Assembly: GCF_000022265.1 (NCBI RefSeq)
Contig: NC_011979.1
Location: 1,890,001 to 1,922,000 of the forward strand
Direction of reading: 5' to 3'
Length of the DNA: 32,000 nucleotides
Source of the DNA: Geotalea daltonii FRC-32
GTDB lineage: Bacteria; Desulfobacterota; Desulfuromonadia; Geobacterales; Geobacteraceae
In this document: positions 1-8,661 of the stretch, piece by piece
Position numbering within the stretch: position 1 is the first letter of the stretch
Layout of the letters: each line of letters begins with the position of its first letter
Notes under the pieces: model-generated
Database searches by the model: none
Seen by the model: the letters and a program-made list of their open reading frames with translations, nothing else
What the model was told of the DNA's origin: nothing
Translations under genes and position numbers: made by a program

Positions 1-1403
1 GAACAATCAACCAAGTGGAGCAGCAGATCGGCATCCTGCAATTCTTCCAGGGTGGCCTTGAATGCACCCATCAGCGACTTGGGAAGCGAGCGGATGAAAC
101 CGACGGTGTCGGTGATGATTACTTCCCGGTCACGGGGAAAGCGGAGCCTCCTGGTGGATGTATCGAGGGTGGCGAAAAGCAGGTTTTCAGTGAAGACATC
201 GCTCTGGGTAAGGGTGTTGAGCAGGGTCGATTTGCCGGCATTGGTGTAGCCGACGATGGAAATGATCGGCAGCCCGGCCTTGACCCGTTTTTGCCGACGC
301 TGATAGCGTCCGTGGGAGAGTTCCTTCAGTTCCTTTTCCAGGCGAGCGATCCTGTCGCGGATCCTTCTTCTGTCCATTTCCAGCTTTGTCTCACCCGGCC
401 CACGGCCGCCTATGCCCCCCATCAACCGGGACATCTGTACTCCCCGCCCGGTGAGGCGCGGCAGCAGGTATTTGAGCTGCGCCAATTCAACCTGCACCTT
501 GCCGTCAAGGCTCTGGGCCCGCCGGGCGAAGATATCCAGAATAAGCTGGCTGCGGTCGATGACCTTAAGTTCGGTCATGGCGGAAATAGACCTTATTTGG
601 GTCGGACTGAGTTCCTGATCGAAAACGAGAAGTGATGCCCCGAGCTGGAGAGCGCGGATCACCACGTCGCGCATCTTGCCTTCTCCCATGAGAAAGCGGG
701 GGTTGAACTGACGTGGGCGCTGAATGACCGTATCGAGCACCTCTACACCTGCAGTTCTGGCTAATTCCTTCAACTCCTCTATGGAGTCCTCTGCCTCATC
801 AAGGGATGCCTTTGTTACCGAAATGAGAATACCCCGCTCTTCTCCCTTCATTATCACCCGCGTCCCGTTGGCAGCTTGGTGAAGAGAGGACTCGAGAGTT
901 TCGACAAAGCTGGCAAAGTCAAGCTCGAAGCGGCTGAATGGCTGCGGGCGCTCGGTTCTGTAAGGGGCTTTGCCAGGGGTGTGGGGGGCGAGGTAGGCGG
1001 TTTGAATGGAAAACTGCCCCTCCACCGGGGAGATCTGCAAGGCGGCTATCAGGTCGAGCCGGAGCAACGCCAGGTCGGTAAGATCGTCATCGGTCAGCGA
1101 TTCTCCCTTCAGGTGGGTATGGATCAGGCGCAATTCCCGCAGGAGCTTCTTGCCCAGTGGGTAGTCGGAAAGTTCAGGGATGTAGAGCCCCCGTTCATCG
1201 CCGACGATGACGTATTCCACATCGCCGGAACGGTTGACCAGCAGCCCCAGTTGGCGTCGTATCTCCCTGGATAGTTCCACCAACTCCCTGGCAAGGTCCA
1301 GGGTTATTACTTCTTCCGGGGGGACGCGTCGGCGGTAGAGCCTTTCCAATCCTTTATGCTGGCTCGGTTTCAAGCCGGTGAGATTGCCATGCAGTTGTTT
1401 TAT
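1..1403 (-). CDS. hflX: GTPase HflX, long N-terminal form; 3' end lies beyond the window
   Basis: My minus-strand translation gives ISIVGYTNAGKSTLLN (G1), DTVGFIRSLPKSLMGAFKATLEEL (G3 and the HflX signature) and GGIGGRGPGETKLE. It is missing from the ORF track because its stop lies left of position 1. No ATG or GTG occurs in frame after the fabI stop. Candidate starts are ATA 1403 (GGGAGA sits 6 nt upstream), CTG 1394 and TTG 1373. Confidence 0.85.
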   Translation of the reverse strand, partial: MKQLHGNLTGLKPSQHKGLERLYRRRVPPEEVITLDLARELVELSREIRRQLGLLVNRSGDVEYVIVGDERGLYIPELSDYPLGKKLLRELRLIHTHLKGESLTDDDLTDLALLRLDLIAALQISPVEGQFSIQTAYLAPHTPGKAPYRTERPQPFSRFELDFASFVETLESSLHQAANGTRVIMKGEERGILISVTKASLDEAEDSIEELKELARTAGVEVLDTVIQRPRQFNPRFLMGEGKMRDVVIRALQLGASLLVFDQELSPTQIRSISAMTELKVIDRSQLILDIFARRAQSLDGKVQVELAQLKYLLPRLTGRGVQMSRLMGGIGGRGPGETKLEMDRRRIRDRIARLEKELKELSHGRYQRRQKRVKAGLPIISIVGYTNAGKSTLLNTLTQSDVFTENLLFATLDTSTRRLRFPRDREVIITDTVGFIRSLPKSLMGAFKATLEELQDADLLLHLVDC

Positions 1404-1433
1404 GTGAGTTCTCCCGACAGCGAGGAATAAAAA

Positions 1434-2204
1434 TCAGAGACCAATTATATTATACCCGGAATCGACGAAATGTATCTCCCCGGTGACACCGCGGGCCAGG
1501 TCGCTGGAGAGGTAGATTGCCGCTCCGGCCACATCCTCCTGGGTGATATTGCGGCGTAGCGGCGCCTTTGATGCCACGTGGCCTGCTATCTGGTTGAAGC
1601 CGCCGACACCCGATGATGCCAAAGTGCGCAACGGACCGGCGGAAATGGCATTGACCCTTACCCCTTCCGGTCCCACTGCTTCGGCAAGGTAGCGGATGCT
1701 CATTTCCAGTGCGGCCTTGGCGACTCCCATCACATTGTAATTGGGGAACACCTTCTGTCCGCCATAATAAGTGAGCGCCAGGATGCTGCCGTTGCTCTTC
1801 TCAAGTAGCGGCATGGCTTCCCTTGAAAGGGCGATGAGGGAGTAGGCGCTGATGTCCAGAGCCATGGCGAAGCCTTCCCTGGTCGTATTGAGAAATGATC
1901 CTTTCAGTTCATCCTTGTTGGCGAAGGCGATCGAGTGGACTAGGATGTCGAGCCCTCCCCACTTCTTTTCAACCTTGGCCATGACAGCCTTTATGTCATC
2001 GTCGTTCCTCACATCACATGGCAATGTCATTGCTGCATCGATACTTTCAGCGAGGGGAATCACCCTCTTGGCCACCGCTTCATTGGCATAGGCAAGGGCA
2101 ACTTCTGCTCCCTGCTGCCGGAAAGACTCCGCTATGGCCCAGGCGATGCTCTTGTCATTGGCTACGCCGAATATCAGCGCTTTTTTCCCTTTCAATAAAC
2201 CCAT
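1434..2204 (-). CDS. fabI: Enoyl-[acyl-carrier-protein] reductase (NADH), FabI
   Basis: The 256-aa ORF has an SDR fold. The N-terminus GKKALIFGVANDKSIAW, ISAGP and the overall sequence are typical of FabI. Confidence 0.95.
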   Translation of the reverse strand: MGLLKGKKALIFGVANDKSIAWAIAESFRQQGAEVALAYANEAVAKRVIPLAESIDAAMTLPCDVRNDDDIKAVMAKVEKKWGGLDILVHSIAFANKDELKGSFLNTTREGFAMALDISAYSLIALSREAMPLLEKSNGSILALTYYGGQKVFPNYNVMGVAKAALEMSIRYLAEAVGPEGVRVNAISAGPLRTLASSGVGGFNQIAGHVASKAPLRRNITQEDVAGAAIYLSSDLARGVTGEIHFVDSGYNIIGL

Positions 2205-2473
2205 TCTGCACCCTCCTCAAATCTACTTTCAGATGAGGCCCTACAAAACTCTGGCGGGGCCGATGCTTATTGCCTCTCGCTTTAAGGTCAGGTCGATCCG
2301 GTACGCTGTGCTGTCTCTTGCTTGCACCGTTCATATCGGCCGGCCCATCATGTTTTGTAAAGCCTCAGATTTATCTGTCATTTCCACAACGAACGGCGAT
2401 ATTAGTAAAAAATCACCTTTTTGGCAAGAAATATGGCCGCATTGTGGTTTAATAACATTGGAGGAGACCGGCT

Positions 2474-4090
2474 GTGGGTGAAAAGTTTTCCGAGATTGTG
2501 GAGGAAACCGAGAAGCGTGCCCGCATTGCCCATGTGGACAATGCGGTGCTGAGCCTTTGCCGGTTGCTGGCTAAAATGGCAGGCTGCAGCTGGGCCATTG
2601 TTTACCTGCTTGATCGGGAACGCCGGGAATTCACCCAGGGACGTTCCTGCGATTTCCCTTCCGCGCGGCTCGACCTGCTCAAGGACATTCCCTTGATGCC
2701 TGGCAAGGCCCCTCTTCTGAAAAAGCTTTTACGGGAACGGGGCCACCTTCTCCCCGATGAGCCGGCAGGCGCGTTGCTGTTCACGCCGCTGCTCAATCGG
2801 TTTAAAGAGGAGTTCAATCTGCTTGTGGTGCCGATGAAAGTGAACAATCAGATGACGGGTGCTGCCCTGGTCGCCAGGGCGCTGGTTCAACAACCCTTCA
2901 GCGGGTCCGACATAGGTCTGATCCAGGATATTGTTGCCAATGCCGCACTTGCGGTCAGCTATTCAACCCTGTTGGATGAATCGCTGGATCTGGCCGTTGA
3001 CATGGGCAGACGGCTGGATATCATCTTTGCCCTGGACGAGATCAACAAGGCGATTTCATCTTCCCTGAGCCGGGAAAAAATCATTGCCTCGGCCATGCAG
3101 AACATCGAACGGCTCATTCAGTGCGATCTGGTGGTCCTGTTCGGAACGGAAAACGGCTCCTTGTCGATTATGGCATCAGCCTGTTTTTCTGCAGAACTGC
3201 CCCATGAGCTGAAGAGCGGAGCTCGTCCGGAATTGGGCGGAAGTTGCGTTGATCAAGCATATGTCAAGGGGGAGAGCTGCTATATAAGCAGCCTGAGGGA
3301 CTTGAAGAAGCTGCCTTACCTGGACAACCTCCTCCGGGAGACGGGCATGCAGTCTCTGATCGCTATTCCCATGGTCAGCAAGGAAAAAGTCAATGGCGTG
3401 CTGCTTCTTGGCGATTGCGATACCGATCGTTTTATGCAGGATGACGTCTTTGCCGTGGAGAAGATTGCCGGGCAGATAGCTGTGGCGCTGGTGAATGCGA
3501 ACCTTTATGAAGACCTGGAGAATCTCTTTATCGGTACCGTCGCAAGCCTGGCCAATGCCATAGATGCCAAATCGGCCTGGACCAAAGGGCACTCCGAGAG
3601 GGTCATGCGCGTTGCCGGTGATCTTGCGAGGGCTCTCAAACTGGACGAAGCGACCATCGAGAGGGTGAAGATAGGAGGCCTCCTCCATGATATCGGTAAA
3701 ATCGGCATAATAGAGGCACTACTGGAAAAGCCGGAAAAAATCGCCGAGGACGATTTTCCTCCCATGCGCCTTCACCCGGAAAAGGGGGTCGCGATACTTG
3801 CTCCCATAGAGCAGTTGAAGGGGGTATTGCCCGGTATACTGCACCATCATGAGCGCTACGACGGCACCGGGTATCCAGACCAACTGAAGGGCGAGGCGAT
3901 CCCTCTGGAGGCGCGGATCATAACCGTGGCCGATTCCTTTGATGCCATGGTTTCAGTGCGTCCATACAAAAAGGGCTATACGGTGGAGGATGCCTTGCAG
4001 GAATTGCAGAGATGTGCCGGGACCCAATTCGATCCGGTGGTGGTGGCTTGTTTTTGTGACCATATGAAGCAAAAGCTCAAGAGATTATAG
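2474..4090 (+). CDS. GAF-domain / HD-GYP-domain protein (probable c-di-GMP phosphodiesterase)
   Basis: The 538-aa ORF has a GTG start 7 nt after GGAGGAG. The C-terminus carries HSERV...LLHDIGKIGI...HHHERYDGTGYP (HD-GYP). The N-terminal two thirds look like GAF domains. Confidence 0.9.
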   Translation: MGEKFSEIVEETEKRARIAHVDNAVLSLCRLLAKMAGCSWAIVYLLDRERREFTQGRSCDFPSARLDLLKDIPLMPGKAPLLKKLLRERGHLLPDEPAGALLFTPLLNRFKEEFNLLVVPMKVNNQMTGAALVARALVQQPFSGSDIGLIQDIVANAALAVSYSTLLDESLDLAVDMGRRLDIIFALDEINKAISSSLSREKIIASAMQNIERLIQCDLVVLFGTENGSLSIMASACFSAELPHELKSGARPELGGSCVDQAYVKGESCYISSLRDLKKLPYLDNLLRETGMQSLIAIPMVSKEKVNGVLLLGDCDTDRFMQDDVFAVEKIAGQIAVALVNANLYEDLENLFIGTVASLANAIDAKSAWTKGHSERVMRVAGDLARALKLDEATIERVKIGGLLHDIGKIGIIEALLEKPEKIAEDDFPPMRLHPEKGVAILAPIEQLKGVLPGILHHHERYDGTGYPDQLKGEAIPLEARIITVADSFDAMVSVRPYKKGYTVEDALQELQRCAGTQFDPVVVACFCDHMKQKLKRL

Positions 4091-4115
4091 CTTATCTCGC
4101 CGCTCCAGTTGTAGG

Positions 4116-4370
4116 TCAGTCTTCGGCGGCAAGTATTTCGGCTGGGAGGGTGGCAGCGGAGTCATTGGTCAATGGGGTCTTTTCAGCCTCCAGCCTGGCC
4201 AGCCGCGTTTCGATTTCCCCAAGTCTCCGGTCAGCCTCTTCAGCCAGGATGAGAGTCCGGTCGACCTTGCCCTTTATGCTGAAGATGACAAAGGGCAGAA
4301 TGAACCAGATAACAGTCAGGAAAAATCCGAGAATAGACGCCATCATCATAAAGCCGCCGAAGATTTCCAT
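4116..4370 (-). CDS. Small membrane protein (one TM helix plus coiled coil)
   Basis: I used the internal ATG at 4370, which is preceded by AAGGAG. The product MEIFGGFMMMASILGFFLTVIWFILPFVIF... is followed by a charged helical tail. The longer 127-aa version in the track has no RBS and a low-complexity N-terminus. Confidence 0.6.
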   Translation of the reverse strand: MEIFGGFMMMASILGFFLTVIWFILPFVIFSIKGKVDRTLILAEEADRRLGEIETRLARLEAEKTPLTNDSAATLPAEILAAED

Positions 4371-4453
4371 GCAGCACTCCTTCGTCTTGCGGGTTAGCAG
4401 GTTCCGTCCGGAAACTCCGGATGAGAAACTAGTGGTTTCCGGATGGAAACCAG

Positions 4454-4696
4454 CTATAGCAGTGCCTGTTCCAGTGCCCTGGCCAACTGATCCGGACATG
4501 AGGTGTCTCCCTGGCAGGCAATACCCTTAAGCCTTCTGATTGCCTCTTCAACGGCCATCCCCTTGACCAGTGCACCGACTGCCTGGGTGTTTCCGGCGCA
4601 ACCATCGATAAAAGCGGCTGATTGTATTACGCCGTTGTCAATTTCAATATCAATCCTTGATGCACAGGTGCCTAATGTATTATATCTTATCTGCAT
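4454..4696 (-). CDS. TSCPD-domain protein (TIGR03905-like small protein)
   Basis: The 80-aa product is MQIRYNTLGTCASRIDIEIDNGVI...FIDGCAGNTQAV...CQGDTSCPDQLARALE. The ATG at 4696 is preceded by AAGGAGAAA. The upstream 127 codons of the 207-aa track ORF look non-coding. Confidence 0.8.
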   Translation of the reverse strand: MQIRYNTLGTCASRIDIEIDNGVIQSAAFIDGCAGNTQAVGALVKGMAVEEAIRRLKGIACQGDTSCPDQLARALEQALL

Positions 4697-4839
4697 GCTA
4701 TTTCTCCTTGTCGACATCAGGATATAGCTTTGACCGCCGAAAATGTCAATGTAGAGAATTAAATTGCCTGTTTTAATTTGGAAAGTCCGGCAAATTTTGA
4801 TAAAAGATACCGCAGGAAAAATCTCACAGGGAGAGCTAC

Positions 4840-5262
4840 ATGTTCGGCTGGCTGAAGAAGAAGGATGGTCGGATACTTGCTTTCGAGAGCAACGCAGCAG
4901 CTTTCGACTATGCATGCACGAACTTGCCGAACAAGCTGCTGTTGGAATCGGTTGTCCCTGCCATGGTTGAAGCGGTCGGGGCCATTGGCTCGGAAGGGGA
5001 ACGGAATTTTCAGCTTCGCATCGCAGACAAAACCGGCGGTTGGGAAATGTGGGGCTGTACCCTGAAAGGCGCGCCATCCTGCCCCGAGGTTGGTGAGCTG
5101 GTCGGATTCAGAATTGTCAGGATAGCCTCAGAACTTCCGGCCGGCATGAATGTTATCGGATACATTGCGGTAAAATTGGCGCCGGTGCTGGTTCCGGGCA
5201 AAGGCTGGAAAATTGACCGGTCCTATGTTCCCGACAACATAAAACAAACCATTCGTTTCTAA
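4840..5262 (+). CDS. Hypothetical protein
   Basis: The 140-aa ORF follows GGGAGAG at good spacing from its ATG. Its codon usage resembles the neighbouring genes. I recognise no family. Confidence 0.6.
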   Translation: MFGWLKKKDGRILAFESNAAAFDYACTNLPNKLLLESVVPAMVEAVGAIGSEGERNFQLRIADKTGGWEMWGCTLKGAPSCPEVGELVGFRIVRIASELPAGMNVIGYIAVKLAPVLVPGKGWKIDRSYVPDNIKQTIRF

Positions 5263-5284
5263 TAACTTTCAGGAGGAGTACCCC

Positions 5285-5611
5285 ATGAACAAGTTTCTGC
5301 TTTTTTTTACTGCCTGTCTGCTTGTCGTTGGTTTTGTCGAGGCCGGCTTTGCCGTCGAATCCAGCACATGTCGCTGCACTAATGGAATTGTTTCCACTGG
5401 CGATGCCATGGTTGAAGTGATCGCCAAATGCGGTGAACCGACAATGAAGACCCAGCGCGAGGAGAAAAGGCTTGGGCCGGACAAAAAAGGTTTCAGTATC
5501 GTCACCATCGATGAGTGGAATTATAACTTCGGCCCCAATGCCTTCATGTATGCCTTCAGGTTTGTCGATGGCCGGGTTGAGCGGATCGACAGTCTTGACT
5601 ACGGATATTGA
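5285..5611 (+). CDS. Secreted small protein, DUF2845-like
   Basis: The product has a signal peptide (MNKFLLFFTACLLVVGFVEAGFA), a CGEP motif and a W.Y..G......F.F.DG.V..I tail, as I remember for DUF2845. An AGGAGGAG RBS precedes the start. Confidence 0.75.
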   Translation: MNKFLLFFTACLLVVGFVEAGFAVESSTCRCTNGIVSTGDAMVEVIAKCGEPTMKTQREEKRLGPDKKGFSIVTIDEWNYNFGPNAFMYAFRFVDGRVERIDSLDYGY

Positions 5612-5629
5612 GCTGGTTTTAGGCACCTG

Positions 5630-6031
5630 CTAAGCAAGTGCACTCAAAATAGCGTCTAATTCCGCTTTCTTGTATAGCAGTCGTTTATCTACAGCACCAT
5701 GAAAACCATGGACGGCAAAATCCTGCATTACCGGGTCGGTGGGATCACCGCTCATGACGAAACCCTTTGCTGCCGGATCAACATCCAGCAAGCGTTTCAT
5801 GGTCTCCTTGCCCCCCATACCCCCGGGGATGTTGAGATCGAGAAAAACAGCGATGTATGGCCTATCCCCCTTGCAGGCGGCAACATATGCTTTCACTGCC
5901 GCTGCCCCGTCGGCGACACAGGTTACATCATATCCGGCCTTGCTTAGCGTCTGCTCGGCGATAAAACGGATCATTTCGTCGTCGTCCATGACGAGTATCT
6001 TCCTTGCCGGTTTTGCCCCCGGGTTTTCCAT
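5630..6031 (-). CDS. Single-domain response regulator (CheY-like receiver)
   Basis: The 133-aa product has KILVMDDDEMIR, the phospho-acceptor context FLDLNIPGGMGG, and later S and K residues typical of receiver domains. Confidence 0.9.
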   Translation of the reverse strand: MENPGAKPARKILVMDDDEMIRFIAEQTLSKAGYDVTCVADGAAAVKAYVAACKGDRPYIAVFLDLNIPGGMGGKETMKRLLDVDPAAKGFVMSGDPTDPVMQDFAVHGFHGAVDKRLLYKKAELDAILSALA

Positions 6032-6174
6032 TCTCCGCCTTTCAACCCGTTAGTCGGGCCAGAAACGCTTTCTCTTTTGAATAATAAAAATTATATTTTT
6101 ACCGTGGCCGATTGCCCGGAGCGGCAATACGCTACCGGCAAAGATGTCGGTATGGAAACACAGGGAAGAGGACA

Positions 6175-6657
6175 ATGTCAAAGGAAAAAATAGCGGTAAC
6201 ACCTGCAGTGCGCATGCTTCGCGCCGAAAAAGCCCGGTTCGTCCCCCATCTATACAATTACGAGGAAAAGGGGGGCACGGCCGTATCCGCACGAGAACTG
6301 GGAGTTGATGAACATTGCATCATAAAGACACTGATTATGGAGGATGACGCCAGGCAGCCCCTGGTTGTGCTCATGCATGGGGATTGCCAGGTTTCCACCA
6401 AGGAACTGGCCAGGGTCCTGGGGGTGAAGAGTGTTGCTCCCTGCAGCCCGGAGGTTGCCAACCGGCATTCGGGGTATCTGGTAGGTGGTACCTCCCCATT
6501 CGGTACACGGCGTACCATGCCGGTTTATATGGAAGAGACCATTCATGAGCTGCCACAGATATACATCAACGGCGGCAAACGGGGCTTTCTCGTTGCCATG
6601 GACCCACAGGAGGTGGAGCGACTGCTGAAGCCCGTCCTGGTAAGGGTGGGGATATGA
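6175..6657 (+). CDS. ybaK: Cys-tRNA(Pro)/Cys-tRNA(Cys) deacylase YbaK/EbsC family
   Basis: The internal ATG at 6175 follows GGGAAGAGG. The product contains TPAVRML...KTL...STKELARVLGVK...SGYLVGGTSPFG...IYINGGKRG, matching the YbaK pattern. Confidence 0.85.
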   Translation: MSKEKIAVTPAVRMLRAEKARFVPHLYNYEEKGGTAVSARELGVDEHCIIKTLIMEDDARQPLVVLMHGDCQVSTKELARVLGVKSVAPCSPEVANRHSGYLVGGTSPFGTRRTMPVYMEETIHELPQIYINGGKRGFLVAMDPQEVERLLKPVLVRVGI

Positions 6658-6658
6658 C

Positions 6659-6756
6659 GGTGATTGGTGATTGGTGATTGGTGATTGGTGATTGGTGAGG
6701 GGTGATTGATGAGGGGTGATTGATGAGGGGTGAGGGGTGAGGGGTGAGGGGTGAGA
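6659..6756. repeat. Tandem array of 14 heptamers, GGTGATT / GGTGAGG / GATGAGG (consensus GGTGAKK)
   Basis: I read this directly from the sequence. It fills the whole ybaK-to-Sir2 spacer and ends 2 nt before the Sir2 ATG. Confidence 0.95.
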
Positions 6757-6758
6757 CG

Positions 6759-7577
6759 ATGGATGACATGTTCTTTCGGGCTGCCGAGGCTGTCAGGAAC
6801 GCCGGGGCGCTGGTGATAACGGCCGGTGCCGGGATGGGGGTGGATTCGGGACTTCCCGACTTCCGCGGGGACAAGGGCTTCTGGCAGGCCTATCCCATGT
6901 ATGAACGGCTCGGCATCAGCTTCATCGGCGCTGCCAATCCTGAACATTTCGAGCGGGATCCCGCCTTTGGCTGGGGTTTTTACGGCCACCGCACCAACCT
7001 TTATCGCCAAACCGTTCCCCATGCCGGATTCTCCCTCCTCAGGTCCTGGGTTGAGCGTTTCAATCTTGATCATTTCGTCGTCACCTCCAACGTGGACGGC
7101 CAATTCCAGAAGGCGGGCTTTCCTGAAGACCGTATTTGGGAGGTTCACGGCTCCATCCACCATCTCCAGTGCACGGCACCATGTTCCCTCAATATCTGGG
7201 GCAACCGGGAGAGCATCCCGGTAGATACGGATACCATGCGTGCCCGCTCCATCCCACGCTGCATCAGCTGCAAAGGGGTCGCCCGGCCCAATATCCTCAT
7301 GTTCGGCGACTACGGCTGGATCAGCGCCCGTACCGATCGCCAGGAAGGGCGCTTCGAAGAATTCCTGGATTCCGCCAGGCAGAAGCCCATGGTGGTAATC
7401 GAAATGGGAGCAGGAACGGCCATTCCCACCATCCGCCATCTAAGCGAGCACCTGGGCTCAAGGAAAGGCGTCACCCTTGTCCGCATAAATCCCCGTGAAG
7501 CGCAGGTTGCAGTCCCCCACCTGTCCCTGGCATGTGGAGCCCTGGAGGGAGTGACAGCCATAAACGGTTCCATGTGA
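6759..7577 (+). CDS. Sir2-family NAD-dependent protein deacylase
   Basis: The product has GAGMGVDSGLPDFRG, TSNVDG, HGS and a Zn-ribbon Cys set (CTAPC...CISC). I prefer the ATG at 6759. The track start (GTG 6744) lies inside the heptamer array. Confidence 0.85.
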   Translation: MDDMFFRAAEAVRNAGALVITAGAGMGVDSGLPDFRGDKGFWQAYPMYERLGISFIGAANPEHFERDPAFGWGFYGHRTNLYRQTVPHAGFSLLRSWVERFNLDHFVVTSNVDGQFQKAGFPEDRIWEVHGSIHHLQCTAPCSLNIWGNRESIPVDTDTMRARSIPRCISCKGVARPNILMFGDYGWISARTDRQEGRFEEFLDSARQKPMVVIEMGAGTAIPTIRHLSEHLGSRKGVTLVRINPREAQVAVPHLSLACGALEGVTAINGSM

Positions 7578-7611
7578 GACCTGGAGAAAATCTTCCGGTC
7601 CTAAAATTACC

Positions 7612-8661
7612 TTGCCTTTTCCTCTTCCTGTGTTAAAATGCCCAAAATTTAGGCACATCCAATCAGTTCACCGGTTATCATTGAAAACTTTGCTTTCTCT
7701 CGGCTCACTGCAGCTGGAAAACAACCTTATCCTCGCTCCCATGGCTGGCCTTACCAATCTTCCCATGCGTATCCTCGCCCGGGAATGCGGTGCCGCTCTC
7801 ACTTTTACCGAAATGATCAGCGTCAACGGCCTGGTCCGGGAAGGGAAGAAAACCTTCGATCTTTTGCGCAGAGATCCCATGGATCGCCCCATGGGCATCC
7901 AGATCTTCGGCGACGACCCTCAGCTCTTGGCTGAAGGGGCGCGGCTCGTGGAGCAATACGGCGAGCTGATCGACATCAACATGGGTTGTCCGGTGCGCAA
8001 GGTGGTGGGCAGCGGCGCCGGCAGTGCCCTGTTGCGAGAGCCGGCAAAGGTGGGGATGATTATCAAGGCAGTGCGCAAGGCGACTTCCCTGCCATTGACC
8101 ATCAAGATCCGCACCGGCTGGGGGGCCGCCGATCATACCTTCCTCGAGATCGGGCGAATTGCCGAGGCCGAAGGTGTTGATGGAGTGACTCTGCATCCCC
8201 GCAGCCGAGCCCAGATGTTCGAGGGTCATGCCGACTGGTCCAGGATCAGGGAATTGAAAGAGGCGCTTTCCATACCGGTCATCGGCAGCGGCGACATCTT
8301 CACTGCCGCCGACGTGGTTGCCATGATCGACCAGACCGGCTGCGACGGAGTCATGGTCGCCCGCGGCGGATTGGGTAATCCTTGGCTTTTCAGGGAGGCT
8401 CTGGCCCTGTTGTCGGGGAACGAACCAATACCCCCGACCGCTGCCGAAAAGCGGTCGCTGGCTTTGCGGCACCTGGATCTTTTCCTGGAGGCAACCGGTG
8501 AACATGTTGCGGTCAGAGAAATGCGCAAGCACCTATCCTGGTATGCCAAGGGGATGCCGGGCGCAGCCCATTTTCGTGCCATGATCAATCACATTGAAGA
8601 CAGAACGGCACTGATAGCGGCACTGGAGGATTTCTTCTCGGAGCCTGCACATGCCCATTGA
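7612..8661 (+). CDS. dusB: tRNA-dihydrouridine synthase B (NifR3 family)
   Basis: The product has LILAPMAGLTNLPMR, DINMGCP and IKIRTGW motifs. The start is uncertain. TTG 7612 and TTG 7681 are both in frame, and 7681 gives a typical-length N-terminus. Confidence 0.9.
   Translation: MPFPLPVLKCPKFRHIQSVHRLSLKTLLSLGSLQLENNLILAPMAGLTNLPMRILARECGAALTFTEMISVNGLVREGKKTFDLLRRDPMDRPMGIQIFGDDPQLLAEGARLVEQYGELIDINMGCPVRKVVGSGAGSALLREPAKVGMIIKAVRKATSLPLTIKIRTGWGAADHTFLEIGRIAEAEGVDGVTLHPRSRAQMFEGHADWSRIRELKEALSIPVIGSGDIFTAADVVAMIDQTGCDGVMVARGGLGNPWLFREALALLSGNEPIPPTAAEKRSLALRHLDLFLEATGEHVAVREMRKHLSWYAKGMPGAAHFRAMINHIEDRTALIAALEDFFSEPAHAH

Noticed and set aside
15-1274. Plus-strand ORFs 15-635 (206 aa) and 876-1274 (132 aa)
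   Set aside because: They lie antisense to a clearly recognisable hflX reading frame. Their translations are Gly/Arg/Pro-rich with no recognisable motifs.
4697-5077. N-terminal 127 codons of the 207-aa minus-strand ORF
   Set aside because: Only the last 80 aa match the TSCPD family, and they have their own strong RBS and ATG. The upstream part overlaps the start of the plus-strand gene at 4840 and is Cys/Ser/Arg-rich.
6659-6756. Possible CRISPR array or coding low-complexity repeat
   Set aside because: The unit is 7 bp with no spacers. The non-triplet period excludes coding, and there are no cas genes in the window.
6543-7439. 298-aa minus-strand ORF with an SPITNHQ / SPLTPHP repeat tail
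   Set aside because: It is antisense to the well-supported Sir2 gene. The repeat peptide is only the heptamer DNA array read through in all three phases.
6759-7577. Sir2 domain as a defence effector (Thoeris, DSR or Avs-type)
   Set aside because: This is a stand-alone, canonical-length sirtuin with an intact Zn-ribbon cysteine set. It sits in a housekeeping neighbourhood and has no partner sensor gene.
7705-8532. 275-aa minus-strand ORF
   Set aside because: It is antisense to dusB/nifR3. This is typical GC-rich shadow-ORF composition.
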